Below, one piece after another: positions 1 through 10,173 of a DNA stretch of 64,000 nt (position 1 is the stretch's first letter; the number at the start of each line of letters is the position of its first letter). The position numbers and the translations under genes are program-made. The notes beneath the pieces are model-generated. The model was not told the DNA's origin. It saw only the letters and a program-made list of their open reading frames with translations, and made no database searches. This DNA comes from Acidobacteriota bacterium (lineage in GTDB: Bacteria; Acidobacteriota; UBA6911; RPQK01; JAJDTT01), in NCBI GenBank assembly GCA_965217775.1, contig CBDCJH010000002.1, positions 1,824,001 to 1,888,000 on the forward strand, given 5' to 3'.

Positions 1-1023
1 TCCAGGAGCCAAAGTCAGCCAGATGAACAGGCCGCCCTGGGGACGGCTCCAGGAAGCCCCGAAGTCCGACGGCTCTCCGAACCCCTCCTCCAATCCCTCC
101 AGCATGGCGTCACGCTTGCAGCGGAGGATTCGGTTGGCGGACCGGATGTGCTCTTCCAGGTGGCTCACGGCATAGCGATGAATGGCCAACGCTCCCAACT
201 GGCTCACTCCGCCGCCACTCTTGATAGCCGAGATCCGGTCCAGGAGCGGTGAGGGTCCGGCCAGATAACCGAGGCGGACGCCTGGCCCAATGATTTTGGA
301 GAAGGAACCGACGTACACGACCACTCCCTCGGTATCGAGGGAGGCGATGGCCGGCACCGGCTCGCCCTCGTAACGAAGGTCCACGTAGCAATCGTCTTCC
401 AGGATGGCGATCCCGTGCCGTTGGGCCGTTTCCAACAGGTGCCGCCGCCGCTTCACACTCATGACCCATCCCAGGGGATTCTGGAAAGTCGGAATCGTAT
501 AGATGAGCTTAACCCTCTTCCCCTCGCCTGCCGCATTTCGGATCGCCTGTTCCAAGGCATCGGGCAGGAATCCTTCCCGGTCGCAGGCCACCCCCCGAAT
601 ATCCGCGCCGAATCGTCTCAGAATTCCCAGAGTCCCTGGATAGGTGAACTCTTCGGTCAGAACCACCTCGCCCGGGTTCATCAGAGCCTCGATGATCATG
701 TGATTGGGCTGGCTGGAGCCATCCCCGAGAATGACGTCCTCCGGCGAGACCGAATGACTTCGGTCCCGCGCCAATTTCGCCGCGATGTACTCCCGCAAGG
801 GCGGATACCCCGAGGGATGGGGGTATTTGGCCAGTCCCCGCCCTTCCTCTTTCAGACCCACCCGAAGGGCCTCGGCCAACTCCGCCAACGGCAGCGAGTC
901 GGGATCGGGATAGGCCACGCCGAAGTCGTAGGTGGCGCCAGGATGGGCCTGCCGCAGCCCCGGTTGTCGAGGTATGGAGCGGGAATAAACATCGTCTTGG
1001 GCGAACAAGCTTCGTTTCGACAT
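1..1023 (-). CDS. PLP-dependent aminotransferase class I/II (LysN/ARO8-like), runs off the window edge
   Basis: Not in the ORF track. Manual translation from ATG 1023 gives MSKRSLFAQDD...YDFGVAYPDP...YTIPTFQNPLG...ILEDDCY...GSFSKIIGPGVRLGY...GGLFIW, with the fold-type I motifs including the PLP lysine. Confidence 0.9.
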   Translation of the reverse strand, partial: MSKRSLFAQDDVYSRSIPRQPGLRQAHPGATYDFGVAYPDPDSLPLAELAEALRVGLKEEGRGLAKYPHPSGYPPLREYIAAKLARDRSHSVSPEDVILGDGSSQPNHMIIEALMNPGEVVLTEEFTYPGTLGILRRFGADIRGVACDREGFLPDALEQAIRNAAGEGKRVKLIYTIPTFQNPLGWVMSVKRRRHLLETAQRHGIAILEDDCYVDLRYEGEPVPAIASLDTEGVVVYVGSFSKIIGPGVRLGYLAGPSPLLDRISAIKSGGGVSQLGALAIHRYAVSHLEEHIRSANRILRCKRDAMLEGLEEGFGEPSDFGASWSRPQGGLFIWLTLAPG

Positions 1024-1213
1024 GGTTGGATCCTCCCGGCGACCGAGCCGGGGCCGCTTGCGGCGTCCGCTCGCCTCTGCCATTCTGCCAGACCATCGAC
1101 GATTGCCGATGAAATGTCCAGCCCGAATTTCTCACTGGGTCGCTGAGAATATGACGAAGAAGTTAGATTCTTCAGGCGTTTGCACATATTTCGTTGAAGT
1201 ACCCCGGTAAGAA

Positions 1214-3235
1214 ATGCGGGCTGGTAGAAGGTTGACACGGCTTCCTTCCCTCCTGGCCTTGGGAGCCCTCTGCTGCCAACCGGATCTTGCGTCCGAAGTC
1301 CCTGGTTCCTCGCCATACCTGATCTACGAAGAGACCCCGCAAGGGGCCGAGATCGTCCTCGATCCCGAGCGCCGGCCCCGCCGATTCCAGGAGGCCCCGA
1401 TGCTGGCCCGTCTGGTGGCCCAGGGGAAGCTCCCACCGGTGGAAGATCGGCTTCCGGAGAATCCGCTGGTGCTCCATCCCATCGAGTCCATCGGCCGGTA
1501 CGGAGGGACCTTGAAATCCGGCATGATCGCCAAAGGTCTCAACGAAGAGATGAACCGGATGATGGGTATGGAGAAATTTCTCTTCTACGACGCGACCGGG
1601 ACCCGGATCGTTCCCAGCGTGGCCGAGGACTGGCACCAGAGCGAGGATGGGCGCCGCCTCCGAATTCACCTGCGGCGAGGCATGTGCTGGTCCGACGGCC
1701 TCCCCTTCACCGCGGAGGACGTGCGCTTCTATTGGGAAGATATCCAATCCCACCCGGACGTATTTCCCTATCCCGATCCGGACCTGACGGTTAACGGCAA
1801 GACAATGCAGTTCCAGGTCCTGGACCCGCACACGGTGCTCTTCCGGTTCGACGATCCCCATCACCGGCTCGTGGAGATCGTGGCCTCCGCCTTCAGCCGG
1901 TTCGGAGGAAGCGTCTTCGGCGAGTTCCTCTGGGGACCGTACGCACCCGCGCACTATCTCAAGCAGTTCCACCCGAGCTACGTGTCCCCGGAGGATCTCG
2001 ATCGTAAAGTGCGGGAATCCCAGCAGGAAGACTGGGTCGGACTGATGAAGCTCCGGAACAACTATGCCCTGAATACCGAGCTGCCCGTCCTGATGCCCTG
2101 GATGACGGTCCAGGCGCGGGACACCTCGGCGTGGATCCTGGAGCGGAACCCCTATTTCTGGGAGGTGGACACCGAGGGCAACCAGCTTCCCTACATCGAC
2201 CGCTGGGTCCTGACGAAGGCCACGGACCGCGAAGTCGTCAACCTGCGGGCCATCGCCGGCGAATACGACGTCCAGTACCGGTATCTGGACCTTCAGAACC
2301 TGCCCGTCTTTCTGGAGCATGCCGAAGAGGAGAACTACAACGTCTATCTCAACCCCTCCCCGTCAGGGATGCTCTTCGGCTGCTACTTCAATCTGGGATG
2401 GGAGGGGGATCCCGAGATCTCCAGCTTGATTCGGGACGCGAACTTCCGCCGTGCCCTCTCCCTGGGGCTCCGCCGCTCCCAGTTCAGTGACGCCTTTTAC
2501 TTTTCCTTGGCCACCCCCGGCGCCCCCGGACCCAGCCCGGCGCATCCCGAGCACCCGGGTGAGCGCTACCGGACTCTCTGGTCCACCTACGATCCGGACC
2601 GGGCCAATGCCATGCTGGACGACTTGGCACTCCATAAGCGGGACGGCAAAGGATACCGGATGCGAAGCGACGGGCGCGGCCGGTTGCGAATCCAGATTCC
2701 CGCGCCTTCCGATCGCATGGAGATCCTCAAATTCCAAATGCTGGAACAACAACTCGAAGAGCTGGGAATCGCCGTGGACGTTCCCATCCTGGGACGAACC
2801 CTCTGGTGGGAGGAGATGCGGGCCAACCGGGCGCAAATCACCTGCTGGACTCACCCGACCCAATCCGTCTGGGGCAGCCAGCCCCTGTATGTCCTTCCCG
2901 TCAGCCGGATGTCTCCCATCGGTCCCCTCTTCGGCCTCTGGTTTTCCAGCAACGGAAGACTGGGAAGGAAACCCACCGACCCGCAGATTCTCCGGGCCCA
3001 GGAACTCTATCGGCACGGCCGAACCCAGGACATCCGGGAAAGGACCCGGATCGGAAGGGAGATCTGGGCAATCGCCATCCGTGAACAGTGGATGATGAGC
3101 ACCGTGGGGCGGGCGCCCACTTCGGTACGCATCTCCGACCGGCGGCTGGGCAACGTCCCAGCCGGGCTCTGTACCCAAGACGATTGCCGCTTTCCTTCCA
3201 CGGGTCGCCTGGAGACCCTGTATTGGAAGGAGTAA
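1214..3235 (+). CDS. ABC transporter substrate-binding protein, family 5 (peptide/nickel)
   Basis: Signal-like N-terminus; motifs LPPVEDRLP, WSDGLPFTAEDV, ERNPYFWEVD-GNQLPYID; first gene of an ABC operon. Confidence 0.9.
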   Translation: MRAGRRLTRLPSLLALGALCCQPDLASEVPGSSPYLIYEETPQGAEIVLDPERRPRRFQEAPMLARLVAQGKLPPVEDRLPENPLVLHPIESIGRYGGTLKSGMIAKGLNEEMNRMMGMEKFLFYDATGTRIVPSVAEDWHQSEDGRRLRIHLRRGMCWSDGLPFTAEDVRFYWEDIQSHPDVFPYPDPDLTVNGKTMQFQVLDPHTVLFRFDDPHHRLVEIVASAFSRFGGSVFGEFLWGPYAPAHYLKQFHPSYVSPEDLDRKVRESQQEDWVGLMKLRNNYALNTELPVLMPWMTVQARDTSAWILERNPYFWEVDTEGNQLPYIDRWVLTKATDREVVNLRAIAGEYDVQYRYLDLQNLPVFLEHAEEENYNVYLNPSPSGMLFGCYFNLGWEGDPEISSLIRDANFRRALSLGLRRSQFSDAFYFSLATPGAPGPSPAHPEHPGERYRTLWSTYDPDRANAMLDDLALHKRDGKGYRMRSDGRGRLRIQIPAPSDRMEILKFQMLEQQLEELGIAVDVPILGRTLWWEEMRANRAQITCWTHPTQSVWGSQPLYVLPVSRMSPIGPLFGLWFSSNGRLGRKPTDPQILRAQELYRHGRTQDIRERTRIGREIWAIAIREQWMMSTVGRAPTSVRISDRRLGNVPAGLCTQDDCRFPSTGRLETLYWKE

Positions 3236-3329
3236 TATTGCGCCTGGGAGCGGCCAACGCCTCCCCCACGGATCCTCTGCAAACCAGCGTCCGGCGCTTG
3301 GATCGCGGGCCCACACGAGAAGACCGATC

Positions 3330-4322
3330 ATGGCTGCCTATCTGCGCCGCCGCCTGCTCCAGGCGACCCTGACGATCTGGGCCGTCAGCATTCTTTCGTT
3401 CGTTCTCATCGAGTTGCCGCCAGGGGATTTCGTCACCTCCTACGTGGACCGGCGCGCCTCCCAGGGAATCCCCCTGCCGCCTGAGGAAATCCAGGTCCTG
3501 AGAGTCCGCTACGGCCTGGACCAACCCGCGGCCCAGCGCTACCTGATCTGGATGGGACGGTTGCTCCGGGGCGACCTGGGCGTCTCCTGGATTCGCGGCC
3601 AGCCGGTTTCGGAGATCATCTCCGATCGTCTCTGGCTGACCATGGCCGTGTCCCTGGCCGCCATCCTCCTCACCTGGGCGGTGGCTCTGCCGGTGGGTGT
3701 CTACTCGGCCATTCGCCAATATTCCGCGGGAGACTACCTGTTCACCCTGCTCTGCTTCGCCGGTGTCGGCGTCCCCAACTTCCTGCTCGGCCTCCTGGTC
3801 ATGTACCTGGGATTCGTCTGGTTCGATGCGGATGTCGGCGGCCTGCTCTCGTCCCAGTACGTGGACGCCCCCTGGAACGCCGCCAAGCTCTGGGACCTGG
3901 CCAAGCATCTGCCGCTGCCGGCCCTGGTGCTGGGACTGGGGGGAACGGCCTACATGATTCGGATCCTTCGGGCCAATCTGCTGGATGAACTCTCCAAGCC
4001 CTACGTTCTCACCGCCCGGGCCAAGGGGCTCTCGGAGGTCCGGCTCCTCCTCAAATACCCCCTGCGCGTCGCCCTGAACCCGTTCGTCAGCACCGCCGGC
4101 TATCTGCTTCCCTATCTCGTCTCGGGCAGCGTGATCGTCTCCATGGTCATGAGCCTTCCCACCGTGGCGCCGGTGTTGTTGTCGGCCCTCATGGACCAGG
4201 ATCTGTATCTGGCCGGGACCCTGGTGCTCCTGCTGGGCGTGCTCACCGTGGTGGGAACGCTGATTTCGGATCTGCTCCTGCTCTGGATCGACCCCAGGAT
4301 CCGGTTCCGGGGACAGTCATGA
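3330..4322 (+). CDS. ABC transporter permease (DppB/OppB-like)
   Basis: Multiple TM segments; EAA loop region YVLTARAKGLSE; ends IDPRIR. Confidence 0.93.
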   Translation: MAAYLRRRLLQATLTIWAVSILSFVLIELPPGDFVTSYVDRRASQGIPLPPEEIQVLRVRYGLDQPAAQRYLIWMGRLLRGDLGVSWIRGQPVSEIISDRLWLTMAVSLAAILLTWAVALPVGVYSAIRQYSAGDYLFTLLCFAGVGVPNFLLGLLVMYLGFVWFDADVGGLLSSQYVDAPWNAAKLWDLAKHLPLPALVLGLGGTAYMIRILRANLLDELSKPYVLTARAKGLSEVRLLLKYPLRVALNPFVSTAGYLLPYLVSGSVIVSMVMSLPTVAPVLLSALMDQDLYLAGTLVLLLGVLTVVGTLISDLLLLWIDPRIRFRGQS

Positions 4323-5431
4323 ATCCGAAGCCGGAGGAGATTGGGGTCCGGCTCGAAACGGCGTCCTCCTGGCAACTGACCTGGAGACGATTCCGCCGGC
4401 ACAAGCTGGCGTTCGTCTCCCTGATCCTCCTGGGATTCCTTTACCTGGTGGTCCTGCTGGCCGATTTCCTGGCCACTGCCGACCCCAACCGAATCGATGC
4501 CAGCCGGGCCTACCTGCCTCCCCAACCCATCCACCTGCGGGACGACAGCGGATTCAACCCCCATGGGCACCCGGTGTCCGGGAAGTGGGACCACCGCATT
4601 TTTCGCCGGGTCCACCGCACCGATCCGGATCGGCGGCTCCCGGTCCGCCTGCTGGTCAGAGGCTACGAATACGACTTTCTGGGTCTGGTTCCGACCGATC
4701 TGCACCTCATCGGCGTCGAGGGTGAAACCCAGGCCCTCTCGCTGCTGGGGACGGACGGACTGGGACGCGATCTGTTCTCCCGCCTGGTCCACGGCACCCG
4801 GACCTCTCTGACCATCGGTCTGGTGGGAGTCATCCTGAGCCTGGTTCTGGGGGTCGTGCTGGGCGGAATCTCCGGGTTCTACGGAGGCGCGGTCGACACC
4901 GTGATCCAGCGAATCATCGAGATCCTGCTCTCCATTCCCACCATTCCCCTGTGGCTGGGCCTGGCCGCCGCCATGCCCCGCGATTGGGGAGTGCTCCGCG
5001 TCTATTTCATTCTCACCGTCATCCTGTCCCTCATCGGATGGACCCGCCTGGGCCGGGAGGTCCGCGGCCGTTTCCTGGTGCTCCGGCAGGAAGACTACGT
5101 CCTGGCCGCCGAACTGATGGGCGCCAGCCGGGCCTCCATCATCCGGCTCCACCTGGTGCCCGCCATCAGCAGTCACGTCATCGCCACCGCGACCCTGGCG
5201 CTCCCGGCGATGATCATCGCCGAGACCTCCCTCAGCTTTCTGGGACTGGGCCTGCGTCCGCCGGCCATCAGTTGGGGAATCCTGCTGCAGGGAGCCCAGC
5301 AGGTGCAGGTCCTGGCGCTGAGGCCCTGGTTGCTGGCTCCCGCGGCTCCGGTCATCGTGGCCATCCTGGCCTTCAATTTCGTGGGAGACGGCCTGCGTGA
5401 CGCCGCGGACCCCTATGCCAGGAGAACCTGA
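4319..5431 (+). CDS. ABC transporter permease (DppC/OppC-like)
   Basis: LGTDGLGRDLFSRL, ETSLSFLGLG, GDGLRDAADP; ATGA overlap with the upstream gene. Confidence 0.93.
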   Translation: MNPKPEEIGVRLETASSWQLTWRRFRRHKLAFVSLILLGFLYLVVLLADFLATADPNRIDASRAYLPPQPIHLRDDSGFNPHGHPVSGKWDHRIFRRVHRTDPDRRLPVRLLVRGYEYDFLGLVPTDLHLIGVEGETQALSLLGTDGLGRDLFSRLVHGTRTSLTIGLVGVILSLVLGVVLGGISGFYGGAVDTVIQRIIEILLSIPTIPLWLGLAAAMPRDWGVLRVYFILTVILSLIGWTRLGREVRGRFLVLRQEDYVLAAELMGASRASIIRLHLVPAISSHVIATATLALPAMIIAETSLSFLGLGLRPPAISWGILLQGAQQVQVLALRPWLLAPAAPVIVAILAFNFVGDGLRDAADPYARRT

Positions 5432-5436
5432 CGCTC

Positions 5437-6558
5437 ATGGCTGAGAACCGGATCCTCTCGGTCAGGGACCTGAAGACCCATTTCTTTACTCGGGAAGGAG
5501 TCATACGGGCGGTGGACGGCGTCGGCTTCGACCTCGCCCCCGGACAGGTGCTGGGCATCGTCGGGGAAAGCGGCTGCGGCAAGAGCGTCACCGCCCTGTC
5601 CATCCTGGGCATCGTGGATCACCCGGGACGCATCGTCGACGGTCGAATCCTGCTCCGCCCGGCGCAGGGGGGGCCTCCCGTGGATCTGGCTCGGCTGAAC
5701 CCCAAGGGACGCCGGATCCGATCGATCCGAGGCGGAGAGATCGCCCTCATCTTCCAGGAGCCCATGACCTCGCTGAGTCCGGTGCACACCATCGGCCAGC
5801 AGGTCTCGGAGACCATTCGGCTGCATCGCCGCAGGGGCCGCCGACAGTCCCGGGAACAGGCGGTAGAGGTTCTGCGCTCCGTGGGGATCCCCGATCCCGA
5901 GCGGGGGGCGAAGCTCTATCCGTTCCAACTCAGCGGCGGTCTCCGCCAGCGCGCCCTCATCGCCCAGGCTCTGGCGGGCGAACCCCGGGTCCTCATCGCC
6001 GACGAACCGACGACGGCCCTGGACGTGACCACCCAGGCCCAGATTCTGGATCTGCTCCGGGATCTCCAGGAGCGGAGAGGGATGGCCATCATTCTCATCA
6101 CCCACGACCTGGGGGTCATCGCGGAGATGGCCGACCAGGTCCTGGTGATGTACCTGGGGAAAGGAGTGGAGAGAGCGCCCGTCGATCGCATCTTTCACTC
6201 GCCCGAACACCCCTACACCCGCGCCCTCCTGAACTCCATGCCCGGTCTGGGAGTCACCGCGAAGCAGGCGCTTCCAAGCATCGCCGGCTCCGTGCCGCCC
6301 GCCTTCCGGCGGCCCGCCGGGTGCTCGTTCCATCCCCGTTGCCAGGAGTTCCTGGAGGGGAGCTGCAATCGCACGGTACCGGAACCGGTCATGGTCCGCC
6401 CGGACCATGAGGTGCTCTGCCTGCGCCGGGAGCCGGAAGAACCCGGTCATCCATCTTCGCTGGAGGAACTGTCCGAAAACGGACAGTTTGTGTCGAAACC
6501 GGACACTTTGTCCCGAAATCGGACACCTCACCCCCGAATAAAGAAGGGTAGAGATTGA
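5437..6558 (+). CDS. ABC transporter ATP-binding protein (DppD-like)
   Basis: Walker A GESGCGKS, signature LSGG, Walker B LIADEPT, C-terminal CSFHPRC oligopeptide domain. Confidence 0.93.
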   Translation: MAENRILSVRDLKTHFFTREGVIRAVDGVGFDLAPGQVLGIVGESGCGKSVTALSILGIVDHPGRIVDGRILLRPAQGGPPVDLARLNPKGRRIRSIRGGEIALIFQEPMTSLSPVHTIGQQVSETIRLHRRRGRRQSREQAVEVLRSVGIPDPERGAKLYPFQLSGGLRQRALIAQALAGEPRVLIADEPTTALDVTTQAQILDLLRDLQERRGMAIILITHDLGVIAEMADQVLVMYLGKGVERAPVDRIFHSPEHPYTRALLNSMPGLGVTAKQALPSIAGSVPPAFRRPAGCSFHPRCQEFLEGSCNRTVPEPVMVRPDHEVLCLRREPEEPGHPSSLEELSENGQFVSKPDTLSRNRTPHPRIKKGRD

Positions 6559-7577
6559 GACCTGAGATTTTTCTGGACGTCAGGAACCTGACCAAGCACT
6601 TCCCGGTCCGCTCCGGTCCCTTCCAGCGGCCGAGCGGCAAGGTCCAAGCCGTCACCGACGTCAGTTTCCAGTTGAGCGAGGGGGAGTCCCTGTCGTTGGT
6701 GGGAGAGAGCGGCTGTGGCAAAACCACGTTGGCCCGGACCCTCCTCCGGGGCTACGAAGCGACGGCCGGATCGGCCCGGTTCCGCACCGAGGAGGGCGAG
6801 GTCGTCGACCTGCTGACCCTGCCCCGCCGGCGGCTCAAGCCCTTGCGCCGGCAACTCCAGATGGTCTTCCAGGATCCCTATTCCTCCCTGAATCCCAGGA
6901 TGACGGTCCAGCGGATCATCGATGAGCCCTTGCGGATTCACGGCGAGGCACTGGGAATCACCACTCGGGAGAACCGTCGGGAACGCGTCCGCGAGCTGCT
7001 GGTGCAGGTGGGACTCCGGCCCGAAGCGGCCCGGCGCTATCCCCACGCCTTCAGCGGCGGGGAGCGACAGCGCATCGGCATCGCCCGTACTCTGGCCACA
7101 CAGCCCCGGCTGGTGGTGGCTGACGAGCCGGTCTCCGCCCTCGACGTCTCCGTGCAGGCCCAGATTCTCAACCTGATGCTGGAACTGCAGGAGCGGTTCC
7201 GAATCGCCACCCTGCTCCTCACCCACAACCTGATGGTCGTCCGTCACGTCAGCGACCGGATCGCCGTCATGTACCTGGGGAGAATCATGGAGACGGCCCC
7301 CACCGAAACCCTCTTCGCGAGCCCCGCACACCCCTACACGGCGGCTCTTCTCGACGCCATACCCCGGCCCGACCCCCGGGTCCGGAACCGCTCCAGGATC
7401 CGGCTGAGCGGCGAGGTTCCCAGTCCCCTGAATCCACCCTCCGGGTGCCCGTTCCACCCCCGTTGCGCCCACGCTCAGGATCGATGCCGCAATGAGATGC
7501 CGGCCCTGGAGAAAGTCGCGTCCGGGCACCATGTCCGCTGCCACCTTTGGCAAGAGCTGGACCTGAAAGGAATCTAG
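6555..7577 (+). CDS. ABC transporter ATP-binding protein (DppF-like)
   Basis: [33 protein letters not shown]. Confidence 0.93.
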   Translation: MRPEIFLDVRNLTKHFPVRSGPFQRPSGKVQAVTDVSFQLSEGESLSLVGESGCGKTTLARTLLRGYEATAGSARFRTEEGEVVDLLTLPRRRLKPLRRQLQMVFQDPYSSLNPRMTVQRIIDEPLRIHGEALGITTRENRRERVRELLVQVGLRPEAARRYPHAFSGGERQRIGIARTLATQPRLVVADEPVSALDVSVQAQILNLMLELQERFRIATLLLTHNLMVVRHVSDRIAVMYLGRIMETAPTETLFASPAHPYTAALLDAIPRPDPRVRNRSRIRLSGEVPSPLNPPSGCPFHPRCAHAQDRCRNEMPALEKVASGHHVRCHLWQELDLKGI

Positions 7578-7582
7578 CGGCG

Positions 7583-7683
7583 GAGCGGCGGTTTCCAACC
7601 GCCGAAAAGGAGCGTCGGTTTCCAACCGCCGAACTCCGCTGGAGCAATGCTTAGAGAGGGAACGGGCGACTGGAAATCGCCCT
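7583..7683. repeat. Cluster of REP-like palindromes
   Basis: Two near-identical CGGCGGTTTCCAACCGCCG hairpins plus GGGCGACTGGAAATCGCCC; related units recur at 22413, 28841-29085 and 31363-31425. Confidence 0.7.
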
Positions 7684-7729
7684 CCGAACCGCTCTTCAGT
7701 TTGGGATTTGAGATTTCAGCGAAGCGGTA

Positions 7730-7806
<77 letters not shown>

Positions 7807-7886
7807 ACCGGCTAGACAGCCGAAGTGTAGCAGAACCGCCCCGGAAATGAGAGCGAACCGGCCACGAAAGAAGGGGAATTCGGAGA

Positions 7887-7961
7887 CGTCCCCAACGGGA
7901 TTTGAACCCGTGTTGCCGCCTTGAAAGGGCGGTGTCCTAGGCCAGGCTAGACGATGGGGAC
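7887..7961 (-). tRNA. tRNA-Glu(TTC)
   Basis: GTCCCCATCGTCTAGCCTGGCCTAGGACACCGCCCT-TTC-AAGGCGGCAACACGGGTTCAAATCCCGTTGGGGACG; CCA not encoded. Confidence 0.96.
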
Positions 7962-8402
7962 GTCAGATATGAAGCGCGCATTTTAGCAGCCGCTGCCGAG
8001 GCCTGTCCACCGGCCTGACCGATCGAACGTGTCGGAAAAACCGGACACATTGACGTCCCATTGACAGAGACCGAGGGAACGGTGAGGAGGTCGATGGGTA
8101 AAGGATTCGAGGTGGTTCTACAGTGCCCGTTGATGTCGGCTACCTTCAACTCCCCGTCGTAAAGATGGCGCCGGGAAAACCACTCTGGTTGTTTGGTTCG
8201 TGGTCTCTGATGCTCGATCCGGGCCCGCGGTTGCGGTCGCTGACCTTGATCACCAAGCCTCGGCCACAACTGTGCCGATTGCCGAAAGGCTGGTTTCCCG
8301 GTGGCCATCGAAGAAGATACATCCGGTCGGTCCTCTGGCCAGCCCAGTTGTGTGATAAAAATTTTCAGAGATACCCCTTTAGGCGAATTTGTGAGTGACG
8401 CC

Positions 8403-9857
8403 ATGCGTCATCGTTGGAAGCCGATAGAAGACTACGATCCATACGCAGATCTGGCTCCGGCCGAACTCGGTGCTTTGGCCCAAGTCCGGCGCGAACAGCG
8501 TGAGCGGTTGAGCAGTCAGGACTCATATCGCCAGTTCGAGGTGCGATTGAAGCGCGAATGGGCCATCGAGACCGGGTTGATCGAACGCCTCTACACGCTC
8601 GACCGCGGCATCACCCAATTGCTCATCGAACGTGGGATCCACGCGGCATTGATTCCGCACGAGCGCGGGGCGAATCCGGACGCCATTGTGGCGATGATCA
8701 AAGATCACGAGGCGGCAGTCGAAGGCGTTTTCGACTTCGTGAAGGGGACACGACCACTGTCCACGAGCTACATCAAGGAGCTGCACGCCCTGATGACTCA
8801 GCATCAGGAAACCGTGGAGGGCATCGACTCCCTCGGCAGACGGACATCGGTTCCGCTCATTCGCGGTGCATACAAGCGTCTGCCCAATAATCCGTTACGG
8901 TCGGACGGCACGATCCATGAGTACTGCCCACCGGAACAGGTCGATTCGGAGATGGACCGGTTAATCGCCCTGCATCGCGAGCATGACGATGTCGCGCCCG
9001 ATGTCGAGGCGGCTTGGCTGCACCACCGATTCTCGCAGATCCACCCATTCCAGGACGGCAACGGACGGATCGCCCGTGCACTGGCGACGCTGGTGTTCGT
9101 CAAGGCCGGCTGGTTCCCACTGGTGGTCCGGAACCGGGAACGGGCGCAATACATCGGCGCTCTGGAAATCGCCGATGACGGCGACCTGAAACCGCTGGTC
9201 GAGTACTTTTCCGGTCTGCAGAAGCGCGCGTTCGTTCATGCGTTGAACATTGCCGAGGAAATTCGACAGGAGCGCCGCGTCGCGGACACGATCAGGTCGG
9301 TGCGGCGACAACTTCAAAAACGGAGAGACTTTCTTGTTACCGAGTGGGAAGCCGCCAAGTCCATCGCCGCGGCGTTACGGAAGCAAGCTGAGCAACGGTT
9401 GGACGCAGTGGCACAGGAACTGAAGCGCGAAATGTTCGATGTCTTGGAACCTGGCGCTTACTTCACCAGCGGTGCGGAATACGGCGATGAACGCAGCCAT
9501 TACTACCGCTATCAGATCATCCGGACCGCGAAGGAACTTGACTATTTTGCGAACCCACGCAGCTACCGGTCCTGGGCTCGGATGGTGCTGCGCAACACTA
9601 ATCTGACTGAAATCTTGATCGCTTTCCACGGGATCGGCCAAGAATTCCAGGGTGTGCTTGCTTGTTCCGCGTCCTGGTTTCAGCGTGTGTATACGGAGGA
9701 CGGCGAGCGGGAAGTCGGCCCCGTCACGCCAGTGACGGACAGCGTGTTCCTGATCAACTACAAGGAACACCCCGATGAGGCTGCCGCTCGGTTCTCTTCC
9801 TGGCTGGAAGACGCTATCGTGCGCAGTTTGAAACTGTGGCAGGAGACAGCGCTGTGA
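8403..9857 (+). CDS. Fic domain protein with C-terminal extension
   Basis: Canonical Fic motif HPFQDGNGRIAR; ATG 8403 preferred over the track's GTG 8301. Confidence 0.9.
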   Translation: MRHRWKPIEDYDPYADLAPAELGALAQVRREQRERLSSQDSYRQFEVRLKREWAIETGLIERLYTLDRGITQLLIERGIHAALIPHERGANPDAIVAMIKDHEAAVEGVFDFVKGTRPLSTSYIKELHALMTQHQETVEGIDSLGRRTSVPLIRGAYKRLPNNPLRSDGTIHEYCPPEQVDSEMDRLIALHREHDDVAPDVEAAWLHHRFSQIHPFQDGNGRIARALATLVFVKAGWFPLVVRNRERAQYIGALEIADDGDLKPLVEYFSGLQKRAFVHALNIAEEIRQERRVADTIRSVRRQLQKRRDFLVTEWEAAKSIAAALRKQAEQRLDAVAQELKREMFDVLEPGAYFTSGAEYGDERSHYYRYQIIRTAKELDYFANPRSYRSWARMVLRNTNLTEILIAFHGIGQEFQGVLACSASWFQRVYTEDGEREVGPVTPVTDSVFLINYKEHPDEAAARFSSWLEDAIVRSLKLWQETAL

Positions 9858-9982
9858 CGCTGACGAGCGATCGGCGATTGCCGCCATCTGCGGTAGGTGA
9901 AATCGCAGATGAAGCGTTGGTATGAAAGCGCAGATCTGAGCAGTCGACGCCGCAGGGCGCCTTCACCGATCCGGGCTGGCCG

Positions 9983-10168
9983 TCAGCCACTCCGCAGCTC
10001 ATCGACCAGTGGAACGCCGCATTGCCGGCATTGCCGCCGGCGCCGAGCGTTGAGAATGCCGCACTCCGGGCACCGCCGGTACATGACCCGGGCGAAGAGT
10101 TGGGTCAGGAGTGCGCACCCGCCCAAGATCGCCACTACCAGCAGAATGCTCAGGATCGTCGCCGCCAT
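9983..10168 (-). CDS. Small membrane protein with zinc ribbon
   Basis: N-terminal TM helix, then CPEC-x10-CRQC; lies immediately downstream of the CbiX-like gene. Confidence 0.6.
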   Translation of the reverse strand: MAATILSILLVVAILGGCALLTQLFARVMYRRCPECGILNARRRRQCRQCGVPLVDELRSG

Positions 10169-10173
10169 AAGGT

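Noticed and set aside
415-1146. Long track ORFs antisense to real genes (also e.g. 25226-27037, 34341-36002, 56032-57729)
   Set aside because: Shadow ORFs typical of high-GC DNA; the opposite strand carries the recognisable protein motifs.
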